Origin: Saprolegnia diclina VS20
Taxonomy: Eukaryota
NCBI RefSeq assembly: GCF_000281045.1
Contig: NW_008246079.1
Location: 573,813-618,229, forward strand
Reading direction: 5' to 3'
Length of the DNA: 44,417 nucleotides
Shown piece by piece: positions 10,239-21,923 of the stretch (position 1 is the first letter of the stretch; each line of letters begins with the position of its first letter). The translations under genes were made by a program, and so were the position numbers. The notes under the pieces are model-generated. The model saw only the letters and a list, made by a program, of their open reading frames with translations. It was not told where the DNA came from and ran no database searches.

Positions 10239-10888
10239 TTCACTTGTGGTGGTGGCGGGAACTGTCGTGGCAAGGGTTTCGCATTAATGTTACGTGGCCC
10301 TTCCGATTGGGTATTCGTACCCATCTGGTTTCTTGGGACTGTCTCAAGGAGACTGAGTGGCTGAAACGGCTCCTTAATGGTAAACGTCCAGGGATCGTTG
10401 TGAAGGATTGTTGGATTTGATTGAGACAGTATTAGGAAATGCATCGCCATGTCACAAACGCCTTGCCAGTCGGGCTTCTCGCAATGGCCCGTGCACGCGT
10501 GCGGCGCTCCAGCGGCTGGTGCGACGCAAGAGTCCTTGTGCGCAGGCCGCGACGGCCTGTAGAAAGCGCGACTACTTCGTACGACTGGGAAGCTCCACCT
10601 CAGATCAACTCTAACGTCGACGACTACATCAGGGCGTGTACCAGTCTGATATGTGTGGTGTGATGTAGTCCCAGCCACATAACAGTCGGGAGCACTGTTG
10701 GTCGCCCATCAAAGATTGCGCTGCGGGCACTAGGTGCGTCGCCACCCGTCAAGTGTCGTGTGCTCGTTGGCTTGCAAGTGGATACCGAACAACGTGCGTG
10801 TCGACCGTCAAACCTCGCGTCGATGGCTCTCGACCGTCCACATGGGTCGGCGGAAATACTTGGTGGAGATCGGTCGCTGGATAGCATG

Positions 10889-10938
10889 GCTGGATACAAG
10901 GGATATAATAACAAGTTATTATATCCCTTGGCTGGATT
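10889..10938. mobile_element. Perfect 16-bp inverted repeat (10897-10930) flanked by a 7/8 direct repeat; possible collapsed hAT-type MITE or footprint
   Basis: GCTGGATA|CAAGGGATATAATAAC-AA-GTTATTATATCCCTTG|GCTGGATT. The palindrome is certain; the transposon interpretation is inference. Confidence 0.45.
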
Positions 10939-11071
10939 GCACCGGGTCATCGACGGACCTCTGCGCTTAGACCCAATGAATGCGAAGACTATGTGTCATT
11001 AACGGGTTTTTCTCTTGATGCAGCCGCTAATGCGTCCCAGTCGTGAGCGTTGAGTTCTAGTACCGGCTACA

Positions 11072-11098
11072 TCAAGGGAATAAATTATATTCCCTTGA
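11072..11098. repeat. 11-bp inverted repeat related to the 10897-10930 palindrome
   Basis: TCAAGGGAATA-AATTA-TATTCCCTTGA, with the same CAAGGGA...TCCCTTG termini. Confidence 0.8.
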
Positions 11099-11490
11099 GC
11101 TGCAATTCTTCTCTCAATTGCGCAGTGGGAGACGCACAAGGAAAACCCAACTGCGGCCGGGCATCAGTCCCGGCGGTGGCAAAGACAAGCCAGGACGAGC
11201 ATTGCTCCCACTCTAAATACGTCTCGACGCTGATTGCATGCTGCGTCGTCCGTAGTCGTGTGCACATGACAATGGTCGAAGTTGGCTTCTTGGCGCCAAT
11301 TATTGTCTGCACTGGGGATCTGCTTGGGGATTGCAAGGCTGATCGGCAATCTCAGTTGCGTGACCCATATTCCTTAGAGGTTTTTCATGTGCACCAATCT
11401 CGCAGCTTGAAACCACGGAAAGACGGTCACTTGACCGCCACCTTGGATGATGCGCTGGCGTGAGTAACTACGTTGGGGCAACCAAGTGCA

Positions 11491-13186
11491 ATGGCCAGTT
11501 CATCATCATCGTACACGATGGGATCGTCGAGGACGTCGCGGACGTCGCTCCTACTCGGAAAGCACGGACGCCTCCCGTCGCCAAGCTGTCCAGCGCTGTC
11601 GCCGTCGCAAGTCCGAGCGCTGAAAGAGACTGCCGTCAAGACGTGCACCGAGCTGCTCTCGCTCTCGAAGCTCGCCAAGCGCAACAAGTATGGCATCACG
11701 TGGCGCCCGCTGCCGTTCACAACGGACCCTGGCCTTGCATACTTTGTCGGCGAGTCGGCGACAGCCTCGGACGTCCAGTGCGACTAGCATGCGACGTCAC
11801 TCGTCTCATGCGAGTTGTGGACATAGATACATGTGCTGTGCCACGACAGTACAAGCCACGCTGGACGAGGTCACCGAGCTCCTTTCCGGCGACGAGCAGT
11901 CGGCCATGGGCGAGGAAGCGTACGCGCAGCTCGAGGCGCATACCGTAGTCGCCAAGAATTTGCGGACGCTCAAGCACGTCGATCGGCTCAAGATCTCGCT
12001 GCGCTGGGTGGTGTGGGACTCGACGTCGGCGTATGTACCCCGGCGGGACTTTGTCGTGCTGCAGGTAGGAGTAGCTCCCTTTGCCAGTGACGCACCGACC
12101 ACGGAACCGCAACTAGTATCAAAACGAGGTGCATTTACACGGGCGCAATGGCTGGGCGCTGAGCATGCACTCGGTCGAGCTCCCCGAGTTTCCAGCGTAC
12201 CACACGTCGCACAGCCTCGTGCGTGGCAGCCTGTACCGCTCGGGGTAAGCTACGCTCTCTCTTTGTCGGTCAAATGACGATCGCCACTCTTAGCTACGTG
12301 GTGCTCGAGACGGCGACACCGGGCGTCGTCCAGGTGCTGCACATGGTCCAAGTCCACTTCAAAGGCCTCGTGCCGAGCGAAGACGTCGAGTCGATGCTGC
12401 GGGCGCGCGTCGGCAACATTGCGTCCCTCAGTGCATTCTTTGCCAAGCTCACGCTCGTCGCGCGCATTGTCAGCAACATGGAGACGTCGCGCGTGAGCAA
12501 CCTCGAGAAGGTCAAGGTCTGCGCCATGTGCAGCCGCAAATTCAGCTTTGTCCACCGCAAAATCACGTGCCGGCTCTGCGGCGACGTACGTCGACGACAT
12601 CTGCGATCTCAGATCTGATTGTGGTTGGATCTAGATTGTGTGCGCCGAGTGTTCGCAGGCCAAGGACATGCAGATTCCAATCGCAGGACTCAAGCGCGTC
12701 GACGTGTGCAACGTCTGCAACCTCCAGAAAGACCGCCGCAGTGACGACGAGCACCCACTGCGTCTCGGTACGAGACCGATGCTCGCAGCTGCGCATCCCT
12801 CATGCTGTGTAGCCAACCGCCGGAGTTTTCTGCGGCAAACCGATGTGCACCACCGCGGCAGCCACCGGCTCTCGTCGCGCCACCACGAGACGTCCAAGGA
12901 CGAGGACCTCGACCCGTACATGCAAATCATGCGCGGGAAGCAGCCACTACGCCTGAGCGCCGACGCCGGCCGAGAACCGCTCTACTCGTTCCTTGAAGAC
13001 AGCGGCGCTAGCGGCGCTGGGAAGCGCTCGACGCAGTACGCGGCCATCTCGCCCGTTGTCTCGAACACGTCGGCGGTCGTCGGGCCCGCGTGGGATGCGC
13101 CGTCCGAGTCGTCGTTTCAAAGCCGAGCGTCCGCCGCCAGTGTGTCGGCCGATGATTTTTGGACCAAGCCCAAGCACACGCTGTAG
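11491..13186 (+). CDS. START-like + FYVE-like zinc-finger protein, paralog 1 (5 exons)
   Basis: Introns 11778-11826, 12065-12116, 12245-12293 and 12586-12634 give a continuous frame: QYMCCATTVQATLDEV...RRDFVVLQ|YQNE..GWALSMHSVELP..VRGSLYRSG|YVV..VHFKG..CAMCSRKFSFVHRKITCRLCGD|IVCAEC..VCNVC. Confidence 0.85.
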
Positions 13187-13661
13187 TTGTGTCATCGTGT
13201 AGTCTCCACACTTATAATGTTTATATTACCTGTTGTCGTTGACAAGATGGACGGCAGGCGGACTGGCACCGCGAATGCCATCGAACGCTTCTTTCGCAGT
13301 GCCTTGCCGTTCGAATGCGCTGTTTACACGCCAGTGCAAGGCACGCTGGACGCAAGTGGATGGTGGTTGGGTGGCCATCACCTTGCTGCGCCAGGACGCT
13401 GCCACGTCATTTAGGACCCGCAAAGCCATCCAACGACCCCCACGCAATAAGCGCCATGGCAGAGCACTATGCAGCATCTCGCCAAGCGCTGATGGTTGCT
13501 TACCGGTACGTACGTCCGACGAAGCTTGCAGATCGCTACCTCGGCTATCTGCGATCTGACAGGCGCGACCACAGTGGTTGCGCCGGGACGTCGGCAGTGT
13601 ACTAATGCGGCTGCGGACACGGCGAAGGCGTGAGCAATGGCGGCAACGAACTTGACGTTGC

Positions 13662-13710
13662 GGCTGCAGCAGCATGGCACTGGTGCTGCTGCTTTTGCTG
13701 CTGCTGCTTG
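13662..13710. repeat. Imperfect (GCT/GCA)n trinucleotide tract
   Basis: GCTGCAGCAGCATGGCACTGGTGCTGCTGCTTTTGCTGCTGCTGCTTG between paralogs 1 and 2. Confidence 0.5.
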
Positions 13711-14142
13711 GGCCTCGCCACGTAGGAGCATGAGAGAAGACGCTGGCTGCATCGAGACGACGAGGACCGAGTACCCACCTGGCTCTTCGGTACACTGTAT
13801 TTTGTCACATTAAAATACACGAGTTGCATACAAATATCCAGTCTATACAATACAAACGCTGATGGGCGGCGGAAGGGACACGCACTCTGCCGTGGTGCCA
13901 TGTAGAATTCGGTTTTACCCAATGCGGTCAAACACGGTTAGTCCGAAACAAAGCTGAAAACAGGTCGCAAAAAACGGTATTCCCTATAAAACGCGTTAAA
14001 CATCGTGTTCGTTTCGGACTTCAACGCCCTGGACGAGGTCCGAGTCCGAATTGGGGTAACACGCGTGACTTATGAGGCGACTTGCGCTCGGGTATAACCC
14101 ATTGCATCATTTTGGACGGGCGGAGGACGACGACGCTCGGAC

Positions 14143-16835
14143 ATGCAGACCTTCTTCAACGCGCCGCAGCTCACGGACGATGAGATCGAGCGCATGAAGA
14201 GGCTCGGCCGCGATGTATGCACCCAGGTGGCGTACGCGGCCCGGCGCGCCGACAGTGGCAGCGTCGCCGTGCGCTGGCGCAGCCTTGGCGTCGAGAACAA
14301 GGTCGAGCTCTTCGCCGGCGACGACCCGCTGCCAGAGCAAGAGAAATTCCTGAGCTACATGTGCGGCGTCACGTCCGTGCATGCGACCATCGACCAGGTC
14401 GCAGACCTCTTCAACGCCGACCACATGAGCCAGACCCATGGCCTCACGCCATCGGCCGAGTTCACGCGCCAGTTCAACCAGGACCTCGCGAGCTACCAGA
14501 CGCTCAAGTACTTGCGCCAGCGCACAGAAAAGTACCCGCGCCACTCGGTCAGCATCAAGTGGTTTCTCATGGAGTCGCCGTCCATGGCGGCCAAGCCCCG
14601 CGACTACGTCTACCTCGAGGTACGCCATCCATCCGTATCCTCCTTCTCATCGTACACTCTATTGTTCTAGTCGCAAGAAGACATTATGGACGCCAAGCGC
14701 AACAAGCGAGGGTGGGTCTGCGCAATGCACTCGATCGACCTCCCGAGCGCGCCGAGTCTCGAGCGCACCCACGACATTGTCCGCGGCAGCTTGTACCGGT
14801 CCGGCTTTGTGTTTACAGAAACCGAGACGCCGGGCGTGCTCGAAGCCATCTACCTCCTCCAGATCGACTTTAAGGGCTCGCTGCCGATGCACCTGCGCCA
14901 GTCCATCATGAAGCAGCGCCTCGGCTGCCTCCGCGCGATCGACGACCATTTCCTGCGGCGCGCCGGCGCGCCCGTTCCGCATGCGATGCCGTCGTACCCG
15001 GCCAACAACAACAGCAACAACAACAGCACCAACACTGCTTTGCACAAGGGCGGCGTCGCGCTTCTTGGCGACATCCACCTCAAGTCCAAGCACGGCGTCT
15101 CGACCTGCGCGTGCTGTGCGGGCGGCTTTGGCTTTCTCAAGAAGAAGCACAACTGCCGCGTGTGCGGCGAAGTCGTCTGCAGCAGCTGCTGCACGCAACA
15201 GCGCCCCACGGTGCCCGTCGAAGGCATCAAGAAGTATCACATTTGCTCGCTCTGTGCCGTCGAGAACCGGCAAGCGGCCGCCAACGGCGCACTCGGTACC
15301 GTCGCCATCTCTTAATAAGACAACATCTCAGTTCTCTGATGCAACTAGGACGCTCGCGCTCGGGCCACGAGCTCTACAACCACAGCAACAACAATAACAA
15401 CAATGGCGCCAACCCCAACACGCGCAGCGCGCTCTCGTCGTCCAACAACATGAAGTCGCCCAACTCGGGGCCGCCAGGGCCGTTCCCGTCGCGCTTGCAG
15501 CAGCCCAATCTACCGCGGGCCACCATGTCCAAGCCCATGCAGAGCGACTCGTTCCTGGACGACGACCCATACGCGATGCGACTGCGCATGCCCGACCACA
15601 TGGTGCGCAAGCCGAGCTACCGCGAGTCGACGTCCGGGCCGCTCCAGCCGCTCAGCCGACCGTCGGGCTTTGCACCGCGCTACGAGCACGACCTGGCGCT
15701 CGTACCCGAGTACCATCCGCCGCAGCAAGCGCCATCGAATGGCTTTCACCGGCACTCGACGTACTTTCCACCGGCGCGCCCCGACTCGCGCGAGTCGTTT
15801 GTCAACGAACGCGAGTCGGTGCTCGACTTGTACGACGAAGTGGGCACGTCGGTGAGCCGGTACGTGCCGCCGCCACCGGCGCGTGTGCCCCGGCCGGGGC
15901 CCCGGCAGACGCAAGTGCAATACTTGCCGCGGTCGGGCGAAGCGACGACGATCGACCTCCGCGACCTCAACAACGCGTCGGATGTGCTCGCGCAGCTCAA
16001 CAACCAGCGCCCCGGTGCGCACGAGTCGACGGTCCGGCTCGAGATCATTCAAGGCGCCGACGACGGCAACAACGAGGACAACTCGTACGACTATGACGCA
16101 TCGCTGGCGCGCCGGCCGCGCGACTACTACCCGCCGTCGGCGTCCGGGCGGTTCCGCGCGCCGCCGCAGGCGCCACCGCGTTGGATCGACCGCCCGTCGA
16201 CGTCCCGTGCGTTTGACCCGATGCAGATGCGCTTTGACAACATCATTGCGAGCACCTCCAACCTCGTGGCACCGACGGCCCAAGCGGTGCCCGAGGCGAG
16301 CAGCACCAACGCGCTCGCGATCCCCGCCGGGTCGGTCTACAAGGGCAGTCGCTACCGCATCAAGGAAACGCGGTATTATGCAACGACGCCAGATGCGACG
16401 CCGGACGAGTACATTGCCGACGAGCGCGACTCGATCGTCGTCGACATGCCGTCGCAGCCACCGGCGGCGAATCCGTCGACGGCCGCGAACAACAACAACC
16501 GCCTCGGGAACGGGTCGAGCCCGACAGCCGTCGCTGTGTCCAAGTTTCTGGACCAAGACATTGACATGTTCTTGCAGCCGATGGACAAGAAGGCGACGCT
16601 GCAGCTCGAGAACCAGCCGGCGCCGATGGTGGACGTCAAGAAGGAAGGTCCGCCGAACTTTGACCACAGCGCAAGCATTGAAGACATGCTCGGGCCGCTG
16701 CGCAGTAGCAACAACGAAGACGACTCGGTCGCGTACCTCACAGCGCTGCTCATGGAGCGTCTCCGCATGGCCAACGCGACCGAGCGCGAGCAGATCAAAG
16801 AGACGCTGCGCGCCGCTGTCCAAGACCCGCAGTAG
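14143..16835 (+). CDS. START-like + FYVE-like protein, paralog 2, with a long low-complexity C-terminal tail (3 exons)
   Basis: Introns 14620-14670 and 15296-15348. Reads YMCGVTSVHATIDQV...PRDYVYLE|SQED..RGWVCAMHSIDLP..VRGSLYRSGFVF..IDFKG..CACCAGGFGFLKKKHNCRVCGEVVCSSC..ICSLC, followed by about 490 aa rich in P/S/N/R. Confidence 0.88.
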
Positions 16836-17037
16836 GCGAGTAGACCGTCAGTATACTAAGTTAACTGCGCGCGCCCGTGCGCTCTGTAATATCTGTTGTC
16901 GTGTCGACTTAAAACCCCTGGCCTTGGGCAGAGCACCGACGATAGAAGCACGACGTTGGTTGTGGAACGTTGAGGGTTTAGGGTTGCGAATTATTCCATG
17001 AAGGATAGCTGCAAACTAGTAAATAGGAGGCGCTTGA

Positions 17038-18776
17038 CTACAAGAGGCAGCCAGACACCACGGCCTCGGTCGTGTCAAGCCGGGACCCGCGGAGGGTGTA
17101 GAGCTGGACCATGCTTGGCGTGTCGGACTCGTCGCTCTCGGAGGCGGCGCGCGCGCCCGTGGACGAAATGGTGTCGAGCGGCCGCCACGCCGAGTCCGGG
17201 TCGTCGTACACGCAGCGCGTCGAGTCGTCGGGCTCGGCAATGGGCAGTGACATGGACGTGCGCTCGAAGTGCGCGCGCTTGAGCTCGGAGAGCGAGACGC
17301 TCGACTCGCTCGCGTGCCGACCGAGCACGAAACGTGGCGCCATCGGCGGCGCCGCTGGCTTGGTGTAGGCGCCGTTGAGCTCGATGATCGACGAGCGCAC
17401 GCCGGCGTTGGGCAGCGACGCGCGGGACCGGCGCGGCTCGGAGGGCACCTCTTGGTACGACTGCCGCGCGGGCGAGTAGCGCAGTGGGATCATGCCCTTG
17501 GCGTCAGCCGATCCAAGGCCATCGTCGTAGAGGCTCAGCGACCGCATCTTGCTGCTCGAGGTCGTCGGGAGCGCCGAGACGCTGGCGCGGACGGGCGGTG
17601 CCGGCATGCTGGCCCGGGTGGGTTTGGCTTGAGGCACTGCACTTTCTAACGAAATCGCTGCTTCATGCGATAGTTGCACACAAGGATTGTCGTACCGAGG
17701 AGCGACTGGAGGCGATGCTGCTCCTTCACGGCGCACGGCGTGCACACGAGCACCTTGAGAATGCCGACGACGTCGAGCTCGACCTCGCTCCAGACGGCGC
17801 ACTTGCTGCAGATTTGCTACGTTGAAAAGTGAGCACATTTGGAGACAGACACGGACGTAGTACCACTTGGCACTTGCGGCACGTCTCCTTCTCGATGCGA
17901 AAGCCGCTAAACGCTTGGTCGCAGACGCGGCAGACGTCCGATTTGCGCCGGGGCGCGTCGTCGTCGTCATCGACGGCAAAGCTCGGGCGCACGAGGTGCT
18001 TGGGCCGTGCAAAGTACGCAGCGATGCGGCCGAGGCTCGAGACCCACTGCTTGAGCGTGCTCGTGCACAGCAGACGCGGCGCCTTGCCCTTGAAGTCCAC
18101 TTGCAGCACAAAGACGGCGTCGAGGACCCCCGGTCGCTTGGACTCGCGAAACACAAACCCGGACGAGTAGACGCCGCCGCGGACGAGGCTGTGGCGGTCC
18201 GACAGAGGCGGGCACGATGGGAGGTTGACCGAGTGCATGCACGAGACCCACCCTTTCGTGGGCCCTTCGAGCTCGTCTTGGTGCTAATACATGCCGATGA
18301 GCGTCGACGACGGTGGCGTCACGACTGCGTACCTGGACGTAGACAAAGTCGCGGTTCTGCATGAGCGAGGATGCGCTGCGGATCGACATCCAGTTGATGC
18401 TCGTCGCGCGGTACGGTTGCGCGAGCTCGGGCTTTTCAATGTCGAAGAGCGTGTGGCTGTTGATGACCACCGTGTCGTGGACGTACCGGCGAAAGTCGCC
18501 GTGCAGCGGAAGGTACAGCATGAGTGGCATGAGCGCCGCAAGCGTCGCGTGCACCTGCGTGTGGGCGCACATGTACTGGAGTGGCGCGAGGCGGCTAGGC
18601 ACCTTGGCCTCGCCGGTGAAGAGCTGGACGTTCTCGGCCGCGCCGGCGCGGGCCCACACGATGGGCGAGTCCTGCGAGCGCAGCGCGACGCTGAGGAGCG
18701 CGCTCGAGGACCGCTTGGCGACGGCCGTGAGCTCGCGCGTCGCCTCGTTGCTCAAGCCTCCGACGGCGAAGTGCAT
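17038..18776 (-). CDS. START-like + FYVE-like protein, paralog 3 (4 exons)
   Basis: Introns 18284-18332, 17817-17863 and 17646-17695. Reads YMCAHTQVHATL...NRDFVYVQ|HQDE..GWVSCMHSVNLP..VRGGVYSSGFVF..VDFKG..CRVCDQAF..ETCRKCQV|QICSKC..VCTPC. Confidence 0.85.
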
Positions 18777-19611
18777 CTTGACAAGTGGCGTCCGCGTGAC
18801 ACGGGACCGTTACGCCTCGAACGACGTTCCAACTTCGATCGAACCGAATTATATTCAGCGCATTTGACTTGCGGTTTGTATGCGAGAACGGCGTCGTTCG
18901 ATTGGCGACCTTCTTGCAGGTCGCGAAGGGATATCTCAAGAGTGTCTCCCTCGTCTACAAGGCTCTCCCGCCTTGTCGCACCGAGTAGTATACATCGTCG
19001 TCATGAGTCTCTGCAAGCCTGAGTATTAGCTAGCATGGGTGCTCGCCAACGAGAAGCAGTACCAGTCTTTGTCGCCTGGAGCACGTGCCCCGTTGACACA
19101 GAATACCTCTACCTTCAGGTGGTGGCTACGTCATTTGACACGCTACCGCAAGGACGAGGGTTGCTCGTCCCAGCTGCGGGCCAAAGAAACGGCGCGTTGC
19201 GTGGGGATTGCGCGTGGCTGCGTTGTCGAGCTTCTCGCATGGGTGAAGAGCATCGATAGGACCTGAGGACTTCAAGTGGCGACAGATGTGCCGGGGTCGG
19301 GGCATTTGAGACGGTCTTGAGAGAGACCTGATGACACGCCAGGTTGCCGTAGACTGAGAAGCTCATGGACAGGCAACCCGCTCGGCGAACCTGATCGAGG
19401 CCAGGAAGGCAGCCGCGTCTGTGCGGTCGGCGCTCGTGGACGACGGCCTTTCTAAAGGATGCAACGCGGTGGACGCTGCCTCGTCGGTGGTCCGTCGACG
19501 CACACGCCATGTCTCTGTCCATGGGCCGACGACGTCACGAAGGCGTCGGGACGTGGGTGGCGCGAGTAAGGTGCGAAGCAGGACTCACAAGTTCTTTTTG
19601 AATAAACCGAG

Positions 19612-21228
19612 TTAGTTGACGGCAGTTGCGTGGTAGACGTTGACGATGGCGAGGCGCGTTTTTTGCTCGTCGAACGTCTTAGCCCGCATGAGGCGCCGAA
19701 GGGCGAGCGCGGCCATGGCGCTACTTGGTGCGGGCAGATCGCTCAGCGCTGCAATGTGGCTCTGGATCTGCGCGGCCTCGTCGTCCGGATGCCACGTCGC
19801 GTCGTCGACGTCAGCGGTCCAGGCGCGTGCAAAGAACCCAGCTGGTTGCACCACGCCCGAGACATGGCCCTCTGACGTCGCCGACGCGATCGACGCATCA
19901 CAGTCAGCCACGTCTTCCTCGACCTGGTTCCGAGTCCGGAGGTCGTCCTCATGGTCCTCGTCGGTGTCAAGGGCAGGCGCGTGCTCGTGCTGCGGACTAC
20001 CAAGCGCTTCGTGCACGATCTCGTCTTCTTCAGGGACGTCGACTTCTTCGGGCACTTGGTCGTTCGCAAAGCGCTGGGCTTGCTTGGCCTGGATGAGGCA
20101 CGACGTGCACCACACTTCGCTCGTCTCGTCGATCTCGCACGAGCACGTGCGGCAGACAGCCTACGATTTGCGTCAGCAGCCACTCGCGACCAGGCCAAGA
20201 CTGGACCTGCTGGCAGTGCACACAGGTCGTCGACGGGTTGTACCCATTGAACTCGTCGTGGCACGAGACACAGTGGGTCGCGGCAGACGCCGCCTCGGGC
20301 TCTTCCTCGGGCACAACTTTGGGCGGCGCGTGGACGACGGGCGGCAGCTGCGACGTGTTCCATTGGCTCTCAAAGTGCTGGCGCACGCCGCTGACCGTAA
20401 GCACGCGCGCCTTGAGCCAGAGGTTGGTCGCGGGCTCGGACAACGTGCCTTTGAAGTCCATGTCCATGATGCACACGAGCTCGAGCGTGCCCGGCGTCGA
20501 TGTCTCACGGACCACGTAGCCCGACCGGTAGAGGCTGCCGCGGACGTAGCCGTCGAGGACTGGGCAGCTCGGCAGGTGCACCGAGTGCATGCTGCAGACC
20601 CACCCGCGGCGCTGGAGCTTCTCGTCAAAGATCGTGTCTTGGCACTACTCGCAGAGAGCCTCTTGTTTCGCTGCGAGAAGCAGTGGGATGATGGTACCTC
20701 GAGGTAGACAAAGTCGCGGTCTTCCATGTTGGCAGCGCTCGAGCCGAGGCGCATCCACTTGAGCGAGATCGCGTGGCGCGGGTTGGCGCTCGTCCGCTTG
20801 CGGATCTTGTGCAGCGTCCGCGTGTTGAGGATATCGCGCTCGAAGGCGTTGAAGCGCGTCTAGAGGTATTCGTTCATATGCGCCCATTGACCTCCGTCAT
20901 GTACCTGCGGCTCGCTGTCCTTGACGCGCTGGAGCGACGACTTGGAGTGGAAGAGCTGGACGACTTCATCGATGGAGGCCATGATGTACGTCACGCCGCA
21001 CATGTACTTGCGCGCTTTCGAGCGGACGCGCTCGTCCGGGATCGCACCAAAGTAGAGGTCGACGCCGTCCTTGCAGCCCAGCGGCTCCCAGCGGATGGCC
21101 GCGCCGGCGTCCATGCGCGACGCGCTGGCCACGCGCGCGCATGTCTTGCGCGCGATCTGCTTGAGGTAGTCGAGGTCCTCGGGCGAGAGGTTCTGCGCAA
21201 ACGACGTCGTCTTCTCGCGGTCGTCCAT
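19612..21228 (-). CDS. START-like + FYVE-like protein, paralog 4, with an acidic tail (4 exons)
   Basis: Introns 20860-20904, 20645-20697 and 20161-20206. Reads YMCGVTYIMASIDEV...DRDFVYLE|CQDT..RGWVCSMHSVHLP..VRGSLYRSGYVV..MDFKG..CVSCHDEF..TTCVHCQQ|AVCRTC..WCTSC. Confidence 0.85.
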
Positions 21229-21923
21229 CGTGCCCGATATTTGAGATTGCCGTTTACTGGAAAGTCCGACATTTTTAAAAAAACATGATCGATTTACTTG
21301 GTATTTGAATACCGAATACATATTTGGAATAAAATACGGTTGTTGTGGGATTGACGAGCAGCATCCGGATACGGGAGGACGCGGCGAAACATTTGCTGCA
21401 GGCAGCCGCAGCCGCCAGCCCGCCCGCCAGCGCCTCTTGGCACCCAGAGCGGGCAAAGCCGCTTCCATGAGCACGTGCCACGCCCTTCGGAATGGTGCGA
21501 GTAGGGATAAGGCTACAGCTCTATCCGAAAATACGGTGCTATAAAGTCGCAACGGGCCACGCACCCGTATCTTGAAGAGGCTCGGAGCCGATTCCGAAGC
21601 CAAAGCCATGTCGGTATGGAGGTGCTCTTCGATAGCGCGTGGTACGAGGCTTTGGCGGAGTTGTACTTTGCTCAATGGCCGAGTGACCGTCCCTTCGACG
21701 TCATCCAGCAACGACTTTAACGCTCTCGCACTGGAACGCGCAGAGCTCTGGTACCAACAAGGTACGTAGGCTCACTTCGCCAAGGCTATATCGCTGCTAC
21801 CGTAGGCCTGGCCATTGACAACGCGTTGTCTGCCAAAGCCGCGGGTTCGATGACGTGGCACGCCGAAACGCACGTATTAAATTGCAGGGGTTTTCGACCT
21901 TATGTATCTTTCAGTTTGTGGAT

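Noticed and set aside
13602..13931. Minus-strand ORF with RCSQRLLSCSY and poly-Q/poly-A, resembling the end of a Zn2Cys6 cluster
   Set aside because: Upstream Cys ligands are missing, no convincing start or splice model was found, and the trinucleotide tract explains the open frames.
16972..16986. Telomere-like GAGGGTTTAGGGTTG
   Set aside because: Fewer than two full TTTAGGG units, so compatible with chance.
17038..17055. C-terminal ...SGCLL of paralog 3 as a CaaX prenylation signal
   Set aside because: The Cys is third from the end, not fourth.
21229..21711. Upstream in-frame extension of the paralog 4 ORF
   Set aside because: It starts at a non-ATG codon and crosses an AT-rich promoter-like tract (about 21240-21340). 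Homology to the other paralogs begins at the ATG at 21228.
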